DNA of 64,000 nucleotides from an uncultured Gammaproteobacteria bacterium (lineage in GTDB: Bacteria; Cyanobacteriota; Vampirovibrionia; LMEP-6097): contig CAZELI010000001.1 in the NCBI GenBank assembly GCA_964512985.1, positions 106,720-170,719 of the forward strand, written 5' to 3'. A model generated the notes under the pieces. That model was not told the DNA's origin. It did no database searches and saw only the letters and a list, made by a program, of their open reading frames with translations. Position numbers and translations under genes: made by a program. Shown piece by piece: positions 47,537 through 56,136 of the stretch (the first letter of the stretch is position 1; the number at the start of each line of letters is the position of its first letter).

Positions 47537-48382
47537 CTACTGTGGGAACGCAATAAGATAGTTGTACAACTGATTCACCATTAATCTATGTCCAATCTCG
47601 TTAGGATGTGGATCGCCAGGCATAGCCCATAAGCTAGATTGATCAGAGATATCTTTAAATGAATCGAAGAAGTTTATAAACTCAAAGCCATTAGCTTGAG
47701 CAAGGCGAGCTACTTTATCATGAATGAAGCCAAACGGATAATTCTCAAGATTATGAATGTCAGGAATCATGGTTACTATTACTCTGACATGATTAGTTTC
47801 GGCATATTCTGCAAGTCTAGTGAATGACTTTTGCATCTCTATCCAACCGGGATAGTTATCAGCGTAGATATCCTTATAATGTTGTTCAAAGCTGCTCTCT
47901 ACCCCAAACTTACGCTTAAGTTGTTCTAGCCTTGACCAGATGGTTACTGCAAGCTGTGAGTTCTCTAATAACCAATTACGCTTAGGACTAGGAATTACTT
48001 CTGCATCTCTAATAAAAGAATTTAAAATAATGATATTTGGTTTAATTGATTCTAACTTAGAGAAGAATAACTCTATTTCTCTGGTGCTGTTGTAGTTACC
48101 AATGCCAGCATTGTATACCTCTACTGATTTACCGTTGTCTTTGAACTTGGCTTCTAATAATTCTGGATAAATCTTCTCTTCCGCTACTCCCCAACCAAAA
48201 GTTATAGAACTGCCAAGCATTAATATTTTCATATCAGCAGCCTTAGGTTCATCACCGCGCATGCCTAGTGAATTGATTCTAATATCGATGTTTTGTAAGC
48301 GAGCTGCTTTATTAGGAACGTGTTCGTGACCGAGTTTGGGGTTGCTAGAGATACGTTTAAGCTCACGAGAGTATTTCCACAT
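47537..48382 (-). CDS. SGNH-family hydrolase/acyltransferase (AlgJ/PatB-like)
   Basis: ILMLGSSITFGWG block I and DPHPNEIGH block V. Confidence 0.65.
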   Translation of the reverse strand: MWKYSRELKRISSNPKLGHEHVPNKAARLQNIDIRINSLGMRGDEPKAADMKILMLGSSITFGWGVAEEKIYPELLEAKFKDNGKSVEVYNAGIGNYNSTREIELFFSKLESIKPNIIILNSFIRDAEVIPSPKRNWLLENSQLAVTIWSRLEQLKRKFGVESSFEQHYKDIYADNYPGWIEMQKSFTRLAEYAETNHVRVIVTMIPDIHNLENYPFGFIHDKVARLAQANGFEFINFFDSFKDISDQSSLWAMPGDPHPNEIGHRLMVNQLYNYLIAFPQ

Positions 48383-48527
48383 CTCGATGTCGTAATTACG
48401 TCCATCTTTATTCTTAAATACTAGAGCAAACTCTAATACAACAGCTAAGACTAATATCGTGATTATAAAAACTACAATACTTTCTATTAATGATGGTTTG
48501 TGTGTTTCTATAATAAATTATCCTAAA

Positions 48528-48564
48528 CTGTCCACCCAGGGCCGGGGGCAAACTGGACACTTTT
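48528..48564. repeat. REP hairpin, family R copy 2 (left flank of RAYT)
   Basis: ctgtccacccagggccgggggcaaactggacac. Confidence 0.75.
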
Positions 48565-48638
48565 AATTATATTACATATCAGAACCCGAATGTGTAATAT
48601 ACGTTTCCTTAATACTAGTATATTACGATCACTTTCCT

Positions 48639-49574
48639 ATGGTTAGAGGAAGAAGAGAAAAACAAGCCTGCGCTTTTTATCATATTTTTAATCGCGGTGT
48701 TGAAAAAAGAAATATTTACTGTGATGATAATGACCGCCAAACTTTTATTAACGTATTGCAATATGTTCATGAAAAATATAATTTCAAAATTCATGCTTAT
48801 TGTTTGATGGGTAATCATTATCATTTGATTCTAGAAACAATTGATGATGATATTTCTAGGATTATGCATGATATTGATGGTATCTATGCCCAAATATTTA
48901 ATCAAAAATATGAAAGAGTTGGTCCATTATTTCAAAGTAGATTTGGGTCAATCATTGTTAGAGGTGATTACTATCTATTAAATCTTTTCTCCTATGTTCA
49001 TCTTAATCCTGTGAAAGATGGGTTTAAATATCGGGCTGAAGATTGGTATTGGTCAAGTTTTGCTAGTTATATCGGTAACAGAGTGGCAGAAAAATTTCTT
49101 GAGACAAGCTTATATAAGGAGAAGTTCTTTCACAATGGTATTGAAAATCTTCGTAAATATATCAATGATCAGGCAGGCTTAGAATGGTGTGAGTTAGATG
49201 ATTTATGGAATGTTGACTATGTTAGTGAGCAAGAGTTTTTAGATACAGAAGAGTTGGTTTATAGAAAAAATTACAATAATTTTAATTTTGAAAAAGCATT
49301 AACGATTTTCTTTAAAGAGAAAAATTTCAGTGAAAATATAATAAGGAATTTTAGAATTTATATATTGAATCAAATTGCTAATATTAATGTCGACGAGATA
49401 GCAGAGAAGATTGGTGATTTGAAAGTAAATACTATTATGAAAATATCTCAAAGAATGAAAAATAGAATACAAAACTCCTCTAAATATAAAAAAATGTTTA
49501 TGGATTTCATGAAAAAGTGTCCAGTTTGCCCCCGGCCCTGGGTGGACACTTTTATCCAAAAATCCAATTCTTAA
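48639..49574 (+). mobile_element. REP-associated tyrosine transposase (IS200-like Y1 HUH) fused to a DnaA-domain-IV-like HTH
   Basis: YHIFNRG, HUH motif NHYHLILE and catalytic Tyr region DWYWSS. The C-terminal ILNQIANINVDEIAEKIGDLKVNTIMKISQRMKNRI resembles the DnaA C-terminal HTH. Confidence 0.75.
49514..49553. repeat. REP hairpin, family R copy 3 (right flank, inverted relative to copy 2)
   Basis: aaagtgtccagtttgcccccggccctgggtggacac is the reverse complement of copy 2. It overlaps the 3' ends of both the RAYT and rseP ORFs. Confidence 0.75.
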
Positions 49575-50691
49575 TATCGTTAAAAGTTGTAAGGGCAATA
49601 ATACTCAGTAAGAATATAAACCCTATCTGAATAGCAGTCTCCTGCAGCTTCCCATGAGGCTTCTTGCCCGTGATGCCTTCATATGCCATGAATACAAGAT
49701 GACCACCATCCAACGCAGGAATCGGTAGTATATTAATTACGGCAAGATTTAGACTCAGTAGAATAGCAAACTCTAATAGAAGCACAGCATTCGACTGAAT
49801 ATCATGGCTAATAATTTGTACTATGCCAACTATGCCTTTCACTTCACCCAAGTCTGTTGTTATTGGAGTAAGGTTAGGTATAACTAATGCAAGTACCTTG
49901 TGAACTAAAGCTGCAAGTAACCCAATCACTGACAAGATCATAGCGATAGTGGTGTCTGCTGTGAATTTAAACGCTTCCCAGATCCAGATTAGAGGGTTAG
50001 GGGCAAACTTCCTGTATTCTTTCTGGTGTCCAAGAATAATTCCTAAAGAACCTTCTGATTGAAGATCTAGTTCTATAGTTTGAAACTTGGTTTCTTTAGT
50101 CTTGTCTTCCGTTACTATGGGTCTTTCTATCTTTAGATGAATTGTTTGTTTACCACTTTCTTGTACGGCTTTCTGTAGATCTTTACCGTTGCTAATAGAG
50201 GTAGAGTTAATAGCTACAATCTTGTCACCAGGCTTAATTCCTGCATTCTTAGCAGTGTGATTAGTCTCTACAAAGCCACTAACAGTGTTAGTTGCTGCAG
50301 CTCTAGGTAAACCAACTGAACCTGCCATCACTATCGCTAACAAGAACGCAAATAAGATATTGAATGCTATGCCACCACTCGCGACTATGGCACGTTGATA
50401 CACGGGGAATTCACGTAATGGTTTATTAAGAGTATATTTTTCGATGGTCTCAGCATCGGTCTCATCTCCTAGCTCGGGTATCGCAACGAAGCCTCCAATC
50501 AATGCCCAATAAAACTTAAACTGAGTATCCCATTTCTTGAATAGATCTATAGAGGGACCGAACGGTAAACCAATACCAAAGACAGGTGTCTGGAAACCAT
50601 AATACTTCGCTGCAAGAAAATGTCCAAACTCATGAACTACTATAAGTAGAGTGATGGTTAGAATGCTGATAATGATAAATAAAAAGTCCAT
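49552..50691 (-). CDS. rseP: RIP metalloprotease RseP (site-2 protease, M50) with PDZ domain
   Basis: HEFGH and PALDGGH motifs. Confidence 0.85.
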   Translation of the reverse strand: MDFLFIIISILTITLLIVVHEFGHFLAAKYYGFQTPVFGIGLPFGPSIDLFKKWDTQFKFYWALIGGFVAIPELGDETDAETIEKYTLNKPLREFPVYQRAIVASGGIAFNILFAFLLAIVMAGSVGLPRAAATNTVSGFVETNHTAKNAGIKPGDKIVAINSTSISNGKDLQKAVQESGKQTIHLKIERPIVTEDKTKETKFQTIELDLQSEGSLGIILGHQKEYRKFAPNPLIWIWEAFKFTADTTIAMILSVIGLLAALVHKVLALVIPNLTPITTDLGEVKGIVGIVQIISHDIQSNAVLLLEFAILLSLNLAVINILPIPALDGGHLVFMAYEGITGKKPHGKLQETAIQIGFIFLLSIIALTTFNDIKNWIFG

Positions 50692-50693
50692 TG

Positions 50694-51662
50694 CTAGACA
50701 TTATATAACAGTTTAAGTATGTGATTAGGTTTGATTTCCTGCATACTCATATCATCCTTGCGTTTGTGTTTGGCTTTAATGCCTGTGATATCTTCAGCGC
50801 TAATATACTCGAAGCTATAAGGTCCAGTTCTAGCGCCAGAAGTAGGACCATAGAGACCGATAACTTGAGCATTAGAACCGTAGAGGGTCGCTGCTGCGAT
50901 ATGCAGTGGTCCAGTATCTACGCCTATAACTATATCCATCTCACTAAAGAACTCTGGCAATTCTTGTAGAGTTTTGTTTACTACTAAATGAAATGGCACT
51001 CTAAGTTTACAGATGATAGTTTCAATCTTGATTAGATCTTTAATTGTCCCTAAAATATAGATTTCAGTTTTCAGTGGGTCTTCTTTCTTAAGCTGCTCTG
51101 CAAGCTCAATCCAATTCTCTGCTGACCAATGTTTGCTTTCCCAAGTAGTACAAGGAATGAGGCATATCTTTTTATTAGAGTTTTTAATTTTTGCTTTAGT
51201 TAGTTCACCAAAACTCACATTACAAGGACCTTTGGCTAAGAATTTGGCTATAGCTAAATTCCTTTCTATGACATGAATCGAATCATCCATTACATCACCA
51301 GCATCTACTCGTGTTTTATAAAAACATGCTGCTAATTTTTCTCTAGGCTGCTTAAATCCTATGATATTAGCAGAGATGAATTTTGCTATTAATGCAGTTT
51401 TCATCAGACCTTGTAAATCAATCACTAGATCATAGTTTTCTTTCTGTAGTTTTTTTACAGTTTGATTTAAAGTAGAAAGTTTTTTGTCATTTAGTTCGTG
51501 AATAGTGTTTATTGAGCTTTGTGATTTGATTATTTCTGAGAAGTTTCTATAAATTAGCCAATCGATTTGAGCTCCAGGATAAATTTGTTTTAAAGCGTTA
51601 ACAGCAGGTATGGCGTGGACAACATCACCTAGAGAACTTAGTTTTATTATGAGGATTTTCAT
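50694..51662 (-). CDS. GT9 lipopolysaccharide heptosyltransferase
   Basis: MKILIIKLSSLGDVVHAIPA N-terminus and GT9 fold length. Confidence 0.8.
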   Translation of the reverse strand: MKILIIKLSSLGDVVHAIPAVNALKQIYPGAQIDWLIYRNFSEIIKSQSSINTIHELNDKKLSTLNQTVKKLQKENYDLVIDLQGLMKTALIAKFISANIIGFKQPREKLAACFYKTRVDAGDVMDDSIHVIERNLAIAKFLAKGPCNVSFGELTKAKIKNSNKKICLIPCTTWESKHWSAENWIELAEQLKKEDPLKTEIYILGTIKDLIKIETIICKLRVPFHLVVNKTLQELPEFFSEMDIVIGVDTGPLHIAAATLYGSNAQVIGLYGPTSGARTGPYSFEYISAEDITGIKAKHKRKDDMSMQEIKPNHILKLLYNV

Positions 51663-51740
51663 TTAAACATTAAAACTTATTAATATATTATCCCGATATT
51701 CAATTTTACTGGGATAATAAGTGTATTACAGGATAATACT

Positions 51741-53090
51741 TTGAAGAAAACAGTTATTTCCATTATAGGTCGCCCCAATGTTGGCAAAAGTACTCTCGTC
51801 AATCGACTAGCTGGTAAACGAGTAGCGATTGTAGGGGAGCAGGCTGGTATTACCCGTGATCGTAATTACGTAGATTTTGATTGGGATGGTAAGGAGTTTA
51901 CCATTATCGATACCGGTGGTTTGAGCTTTGATGGTGAGGATAACTTTGCAGAAGCCATTAATCAACAGGCTCTTCACGGTATGGAAGAAGCTGATGCTCT
52001 GGTGTTCCTGCTTGATGTAAGTACTGGTATCACTAAGGAAGATGATGCTATCGCTAATTTATTGCGCAAGAAAACTACTAAGCCAGTTTATGTTGCTGTT
52101 AATAAAGTAGATAGTCCTGATAGAGAACCTTGGATTTATGAATTTTATAAATTAGGGTTCAAAGATTTATATCCCATAAGTGCTTTACATGGTTCTCATG
52201 GATTGAGTCAGATGCTTAGTGATATAGGTAATCGTCATGGTTCTATAGAATCACAGCCTCATGAAGATGGAATTATTAGAGTTGCCGTTGTTGGTAAACC
52301 TAATGTTGGTAAGTCAAGTCTCTTTAATAAATTACTTGGTGAAGAGCGTTCCATAGTTAGTCCTATTAGCGGTACCACTAGAGATGCTATTAACACTAGG
52401 CTTACCAGATATGGTCAAGAGTTTGAATTGATAGATACAGCTGGACTAAGACGTAAGTCCAAGGTCCAAGAAGAAGTCGAGCGCTTCTCGAATATTCGCA
52501 CTACTTACTCTATAGCTGCTTGTGATGTGGCTGTGTTAATGATGGATGCAACAGAAGAAGAGATAGTCACAGACCAAGATCAAAGAATAGCTGCACTTAT
52601 AGAAGAGCGCGGTAAAGCCTGTGTAGTATTGATTAATAAATGGGATATTCTTGATCCAGAGATTAAATCTGATCCAGTTAAAATTCTGAAACATAAGGAC
52701 CGGATAGATTATCAACTGAGGTTTGTTGATTATGCTCCGAAGGAGTATGTTTCAGCGTTAACAGGTCAACGTACTGATAAATTGTGGCAAATGATTATCG
52801 ATGCTAATACTGAGCATAAGCACAGAGTTTCTACGAGTTTATTAAATAAAGTGCTTGCTGATATTACCGTAGTTACTAGACCACCAGTAGTGAAGCAGAA
52901 ATCTATCAAGATGAAATATATTACTCAAGTGGATGTCGCTCCACCACAGTTTTTGATCTTCACTAATTATCCTGAGCTAATACCACAATCTTATACTCGA
53001 TTCTTAGAAGCTCAGATTAGACAATACTTTGGCTTTGCTGGAACCCCTATCAGAATAAGCTATAAGAAGGAAGGGGAAAAGGAATCCTAG
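51741..53090 (+). CDS. der: ribosome-biogenesis GTPase Der (EngA), tandem G domains
   Basis: GRPNVGKST and GKPNVGKSS P-loops plus a KH-like C-terminus. TTG start in the track. Confidence 0.92.
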   Translation: MKKTVISIIGRPNVGKSTLVNRLAGKRVAIVGEQAGITRDRNYVDFDWDGKEFTIIDTGGLSFDGEDNFAEAINQQALHGMEEADALVFLLDVSTGITKEDDAIANLLRKKTTKPVYVAVNKVDSPDREPWIYEFYKLGFKDLYPISALHGSHGLSQMLSDIGNRHGSIESQPHEDGIIRVAVVGKPNVGKSSLFNKLLGEERSIVSPISGTTRDAINTRLTRYGQEFELIDTAGLRRKSKVQEEVERFSNIRTTYSIAACDVAVLMMDATEEEIVTDQDQRIAALIEERGKACVVLINKWDILDPEIKSDPVKILKHKDRIDYQLRFVDYAPKEYVSALTGQRTDKLWQMIIDANTEHKHRVSTSLLNKVLADITVVTRPPVVKQKSIKMKYITQVDVAPPQFLIFTNYPELIPQSYTRFLEAQIRQYFGFAGTPIRISYKKEGEKES

Positions 53091-53102
53091 GTTTAGCAAA
53101 CA

Positions 53103-54824
53103 ATGAACGAGTTAGCCAAATTAAAAGATTTTTTCTCTAACAGTTTTGATCATAAGACTCAGACCTTGATTCGAGTAGCAATTATTGGAGTTGCTATCGG
53201 TATCGTAGCGGTAGCATTTAGAGTTCTTACTGAGAAGTTCTCGGATTTTTTATTTTATACTTACTACTCTCGCGAACCTTGGATGAGATGGGTTTTGCTA
53301 CCAATGTTCTGTATATTGGGTGGATTGATTGCAAGTTTTATAACAGTTAAATTTGCTCCTGATGCTAAGGGTAGCGGTATTCCTCAAGTGAAACATGCGC
53401 TCAATAGTAATGGTGTCAATATTAGATTTAGAACAGTTATTGTGAAGTTTATTGGTGGTATCTTGGGTATAGCATCTGGTCTCTCACTTGGTAGAGAGGG
53501 TCCTACTATCCAAATGGGAGCTGGATTAGCTTCTAAAATCAGTAAATTACTTGGTGGTAAGCATCGTAAGCGAGCTATGGCTAGTGGTGCGGGTGCTGGT
53601 CTAGCAGCAGCTTTCAATACTCCTATAGCAGGTGTGATATTTGTTATAGAGGAATTAGACAGGAATTTTTCTAGTATTTCTTTGGGTCCAGCGATAGTAG
53701 GATCGGTAACTGCGGCGTTTACTTGTAGAATGCTTTATGGTGATTTCTTCACTTTTCACTTTCAGTCTGATTGTCCTGTTACTATAGTTACCTTGCCCAT
53801 CTTTGTAGTCTTAGGAGTTTTGTGTGGTATCTTTGGTACTTATTTTCAGAGATCAGCATTGTTTTCTATAGACGTATATAGAACTAAGCTAAGTTATATA
53901 CCTGCTTGGGCGTGGGGTGCTGTCGCTGGTTTGATTACAGGGATTGTCGGATTATGGATTCCTCAGGCTCTAGGCAGTGGTCACACTACTTTAGAGGGAG
54001 TGCTTGCTGGTGCTTATAAGTGGTCGTTTATACCTTTGATCTTTTTTGCTAAATATTTATTATCGGTTGTCGCTTATGGTAGTGGAGTACCAGGTGGAAT
54101 TTTTGCTCCAGCTTTAATTTTGGGTGCCCTATTGGGTTCTATGCTTGGTAATTTAGTGAATTGGATTGCCCCAGGATTAAATATAGATCCTTCTAGTTTT
54201 GCTTTCGTAGGTATGGGTGCTTTCTTTACTGCAATCGCAAGAGCGCCGATTACTAGTATTGTGATGCTTTTTGAATTAACTGGAAACTATCAATTAGTCT
54301 TGCCGCTTATGTTCGGTTGCATTATTGCTAATGTGAGTGCAGAGAAGCTTAAGCAAGGTAGTGTCTATGAAAACCTTCTAGAGAAAGATGGAATTAATAT
54401 CAAAGAATATAGTTCTTCATATTTACAAAGTTTCACTATCGCAGATGCTATGACAGCTAAGCTAGACACTGTTAGTAATGCAATGACCTTGCGAGACTTA
54501 CATGTTTTATTTGATAAGAGTGATCATACTGGTTTCCCGGTTTTAGATGCAGAAGGTAAGCTTATGGGCATAGTTACCCAGAGAGATTTGCATACTGCCT
54601 TCGATAATAATTTATCCTTAGAAGCTACAGTAGCAGAGATTATGAGTACGGATTTGAAAGTACTTAGTCTGAATGATAATCTTAATGCTGCTATTCTGAA
54701 GCTTTATGAGTTTAAGATTGGTAGATTACTAGTAGTAGATGACCAGGATCATAAACGTTTAGTGGGCATTATTACTAGGTCTGATATTATAAATTTTGAA
54801 GCAAGTAAAGAGATGGACTACTAA
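53103..54824 (+). CDS. ClC-family chloride channel/transporter with two C-terminal CBS domains
   Basis: GSGIPQ, GREGPTIQ and GIFAP motifs, plus a CBS pair. Confidence 0.85.
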   Translation: MNELAKLKDFFSNSFDHKTQTLIRVAIIGVAIGIVAVAFRVLTEKFSDFLFYTYYSREPWMRWVLLPMFCILGGLIASFITVKFAPDAKGSGIPQVKHALNSNGVNIRFRTVIVKFIGGILGIASGLSLGREGPTIQMGAGLASKISKLLGGKHRKRAMASGAGAGLAAAFNTPIAGVIFVIEELDRNFSSISLGPAIVGSVTAAFTCRMLYGDFFTFHFQSDCPVTIVTLPIFVVLGVLCGIFGTYFQRSALFSIDVYRTKLSYIPAWAWGAVAGLITGIVGLWIPQALGSGHTTLEGVLAGAYKWSFIPLIFFAKYLLSVVAYGSGVPGGIFAPALILGALLGSMLGNLVNWIAPGLNIDPSSFAFVGMGAFFTAIARAPITSIVMLFELTGNYQLVLPLMFGCIIANVSAEKLKQGSVYENLLEKDGINIKEYSSSYLQSFTIADAMTAKLDTVSNAMTLRDLHVLFDKSDHTGFPVLDAEGKLMGIVTQRDLHTAFDNNLSLEATVAEIMSTDLKVLSLNDNLNAAILKLYEFKIGRLLVVDDQDHKRLVGIITRSDIINFEASKEMDY

Positions 54825-55795
54825 TGTTTAACTTTCTTATCAAACGCTTTATTGGCTCAATCTTCTTAGTGATTTTTATCACGTTTATTACTTTTGCTTT
54901 AATGAAGGTATGCGGTGATCCGCTCGCTGATCTTAAGCTCAATCCACAAATCTCTGAAGCTAAGATTATGGCAGAGACTAAACGTCTGGGACTGGATAAA
55001 AGTTTTAGCGAACAATATCTCACTTGGCTGAAGAATATTTCACATGGCGACTTTGGTTTAAGCCAGAATAATCAGCGAGTTATAGATTTAATTAAACCAG
55101 CTTTATTCAATACTTTAATCATGAATATTGTTGCGTTGTTTTTTACTTGGTTGATTGCAATTCCTCTGGGCATTATTGCTGCAGTTAACAAGGATAAAGC
55201 TATAGACAATAATTTACGATTCTTGATGTCTGTATTTATGTCGGTGCCTGGCTTTGTGCTGGCTATTATGATGTTGCTTTTTGCTCTGGCTACTGGTTGG
55301 TTTCCGATAGGCGGACTTACTAGTAGTTTCTATGATGAATTAAATATTTTTGGTAAGCTATTGGATTTAATCAGGCACTTGTTCTTACCAGTATTTATTC
55401 TTATTATTGGTGGTATGGTTGCTCTCCAGAGACAAATGCGTGGCAATCTATTAGATGTCCTAAATGAAGACTATATTCGCACTGCTAGAGCAAAGGGGCT
55501 CAATGAACATAAAGTAATTTATAAGCATGCTTTGCGCAATGCTATTAATCCTTTGGTAACTATTCTTGGTTATGAGTTCTCTAATTTATTTGCTGGTTCA
55601 GCGCTCATAGAGATGGTTCTCGCTTATCCAGGATTAGGTTACCTGACTCTTGAAGCTGCACGTAAGCTTGATATCAATCTGGTTCTAGCGAATTTATTAT
55701 TAGGAAGCCTAGTGCTTGTATTAGGAAATCTAATAGCGGATATTTTGCTACTTAAGGTAGATCCGAGATTACGAGCTGCGCAGCTTGAAGACTAA
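54824..55795 (+). CDS. ABC transporter permease (OppB/DppB family); orphan, with no adjacent ATPase or binding protein
   Basis: N-terminal LIKRFIGSIFLV... and an EAA-like loop. It starts at the stop of the ClC gene. Confidence 0.8.
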   Translation: MFNFLIKRFIGSIFLVIFITFITFALMKVCGDPLADLKLNPQISEAKIMAETKRLGLDKSFSEQYLTWLKNISHGDFGLSQNNQRVIDLIKPALFNTLIMNIVALFFTWLIAIPLGIIAAVNKDKAIDNNLRFLMSVFMSVPGFVLAIMMLLFALATGWFPIGGLTSSFYDELNIFGKLLDLIRHLFLPVFILIIGGMVALQRQMRGNLLDVLNEDYIRTARAKGLNEHKVIYKHALRNAINPLVTILGYEFSNLFAGSALIEMVLAYPGLGYLTLEAARKLDINLVLANLLLGSLVLVLGNLIADILLLKVDPRLRAAQLED

Positions 55796-55801
55796 TAATG
55801 T

Positions 55802-55907
55802 CGTCATCCTGAGGGAGGGCGAAGCCCGACCGTAAGGATCCACTATTGATGATAAAAAACCAAAGTGGATCCTTACGTCGCAACCTACGGTTGCTCCTCA
55901 GGATGAC
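55802..55907. repeat. compound palindromic element, family A copy 2
   Basis: Same arms as 1530-1639 with a different central spacer. Confidence 0.8.
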
Positions 55908-56086
55908 GGACTAGTGTATTAGTTACTCAACGTATTTTAGAAATCAATTTCACCTTAAAGATTGAACTTTATAACTAATCCCTCGGGCATAATTCTAATA
56001 TAGATGCAAGATCCAATCCAAGGAGATTCATCCTGTTTATTACAAGGAATCTGCATCTAGTACAATATTAGAAAACAAAAGGAGTA

Positions 56087-56136
56087 CCCCATAAGCAAGT
56101 GTAAAGGAACTAGCTTGTGGGGTGTTTTTTATTTTT
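56087..56136. terminator. bidirectional rho-independent terminator
   Basis: ccccataagc...gcttgtgggg stem followed by ttttttattttt. It is also T-rich on the opposite strand (ttttgttttc). Confidence 0.6.
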
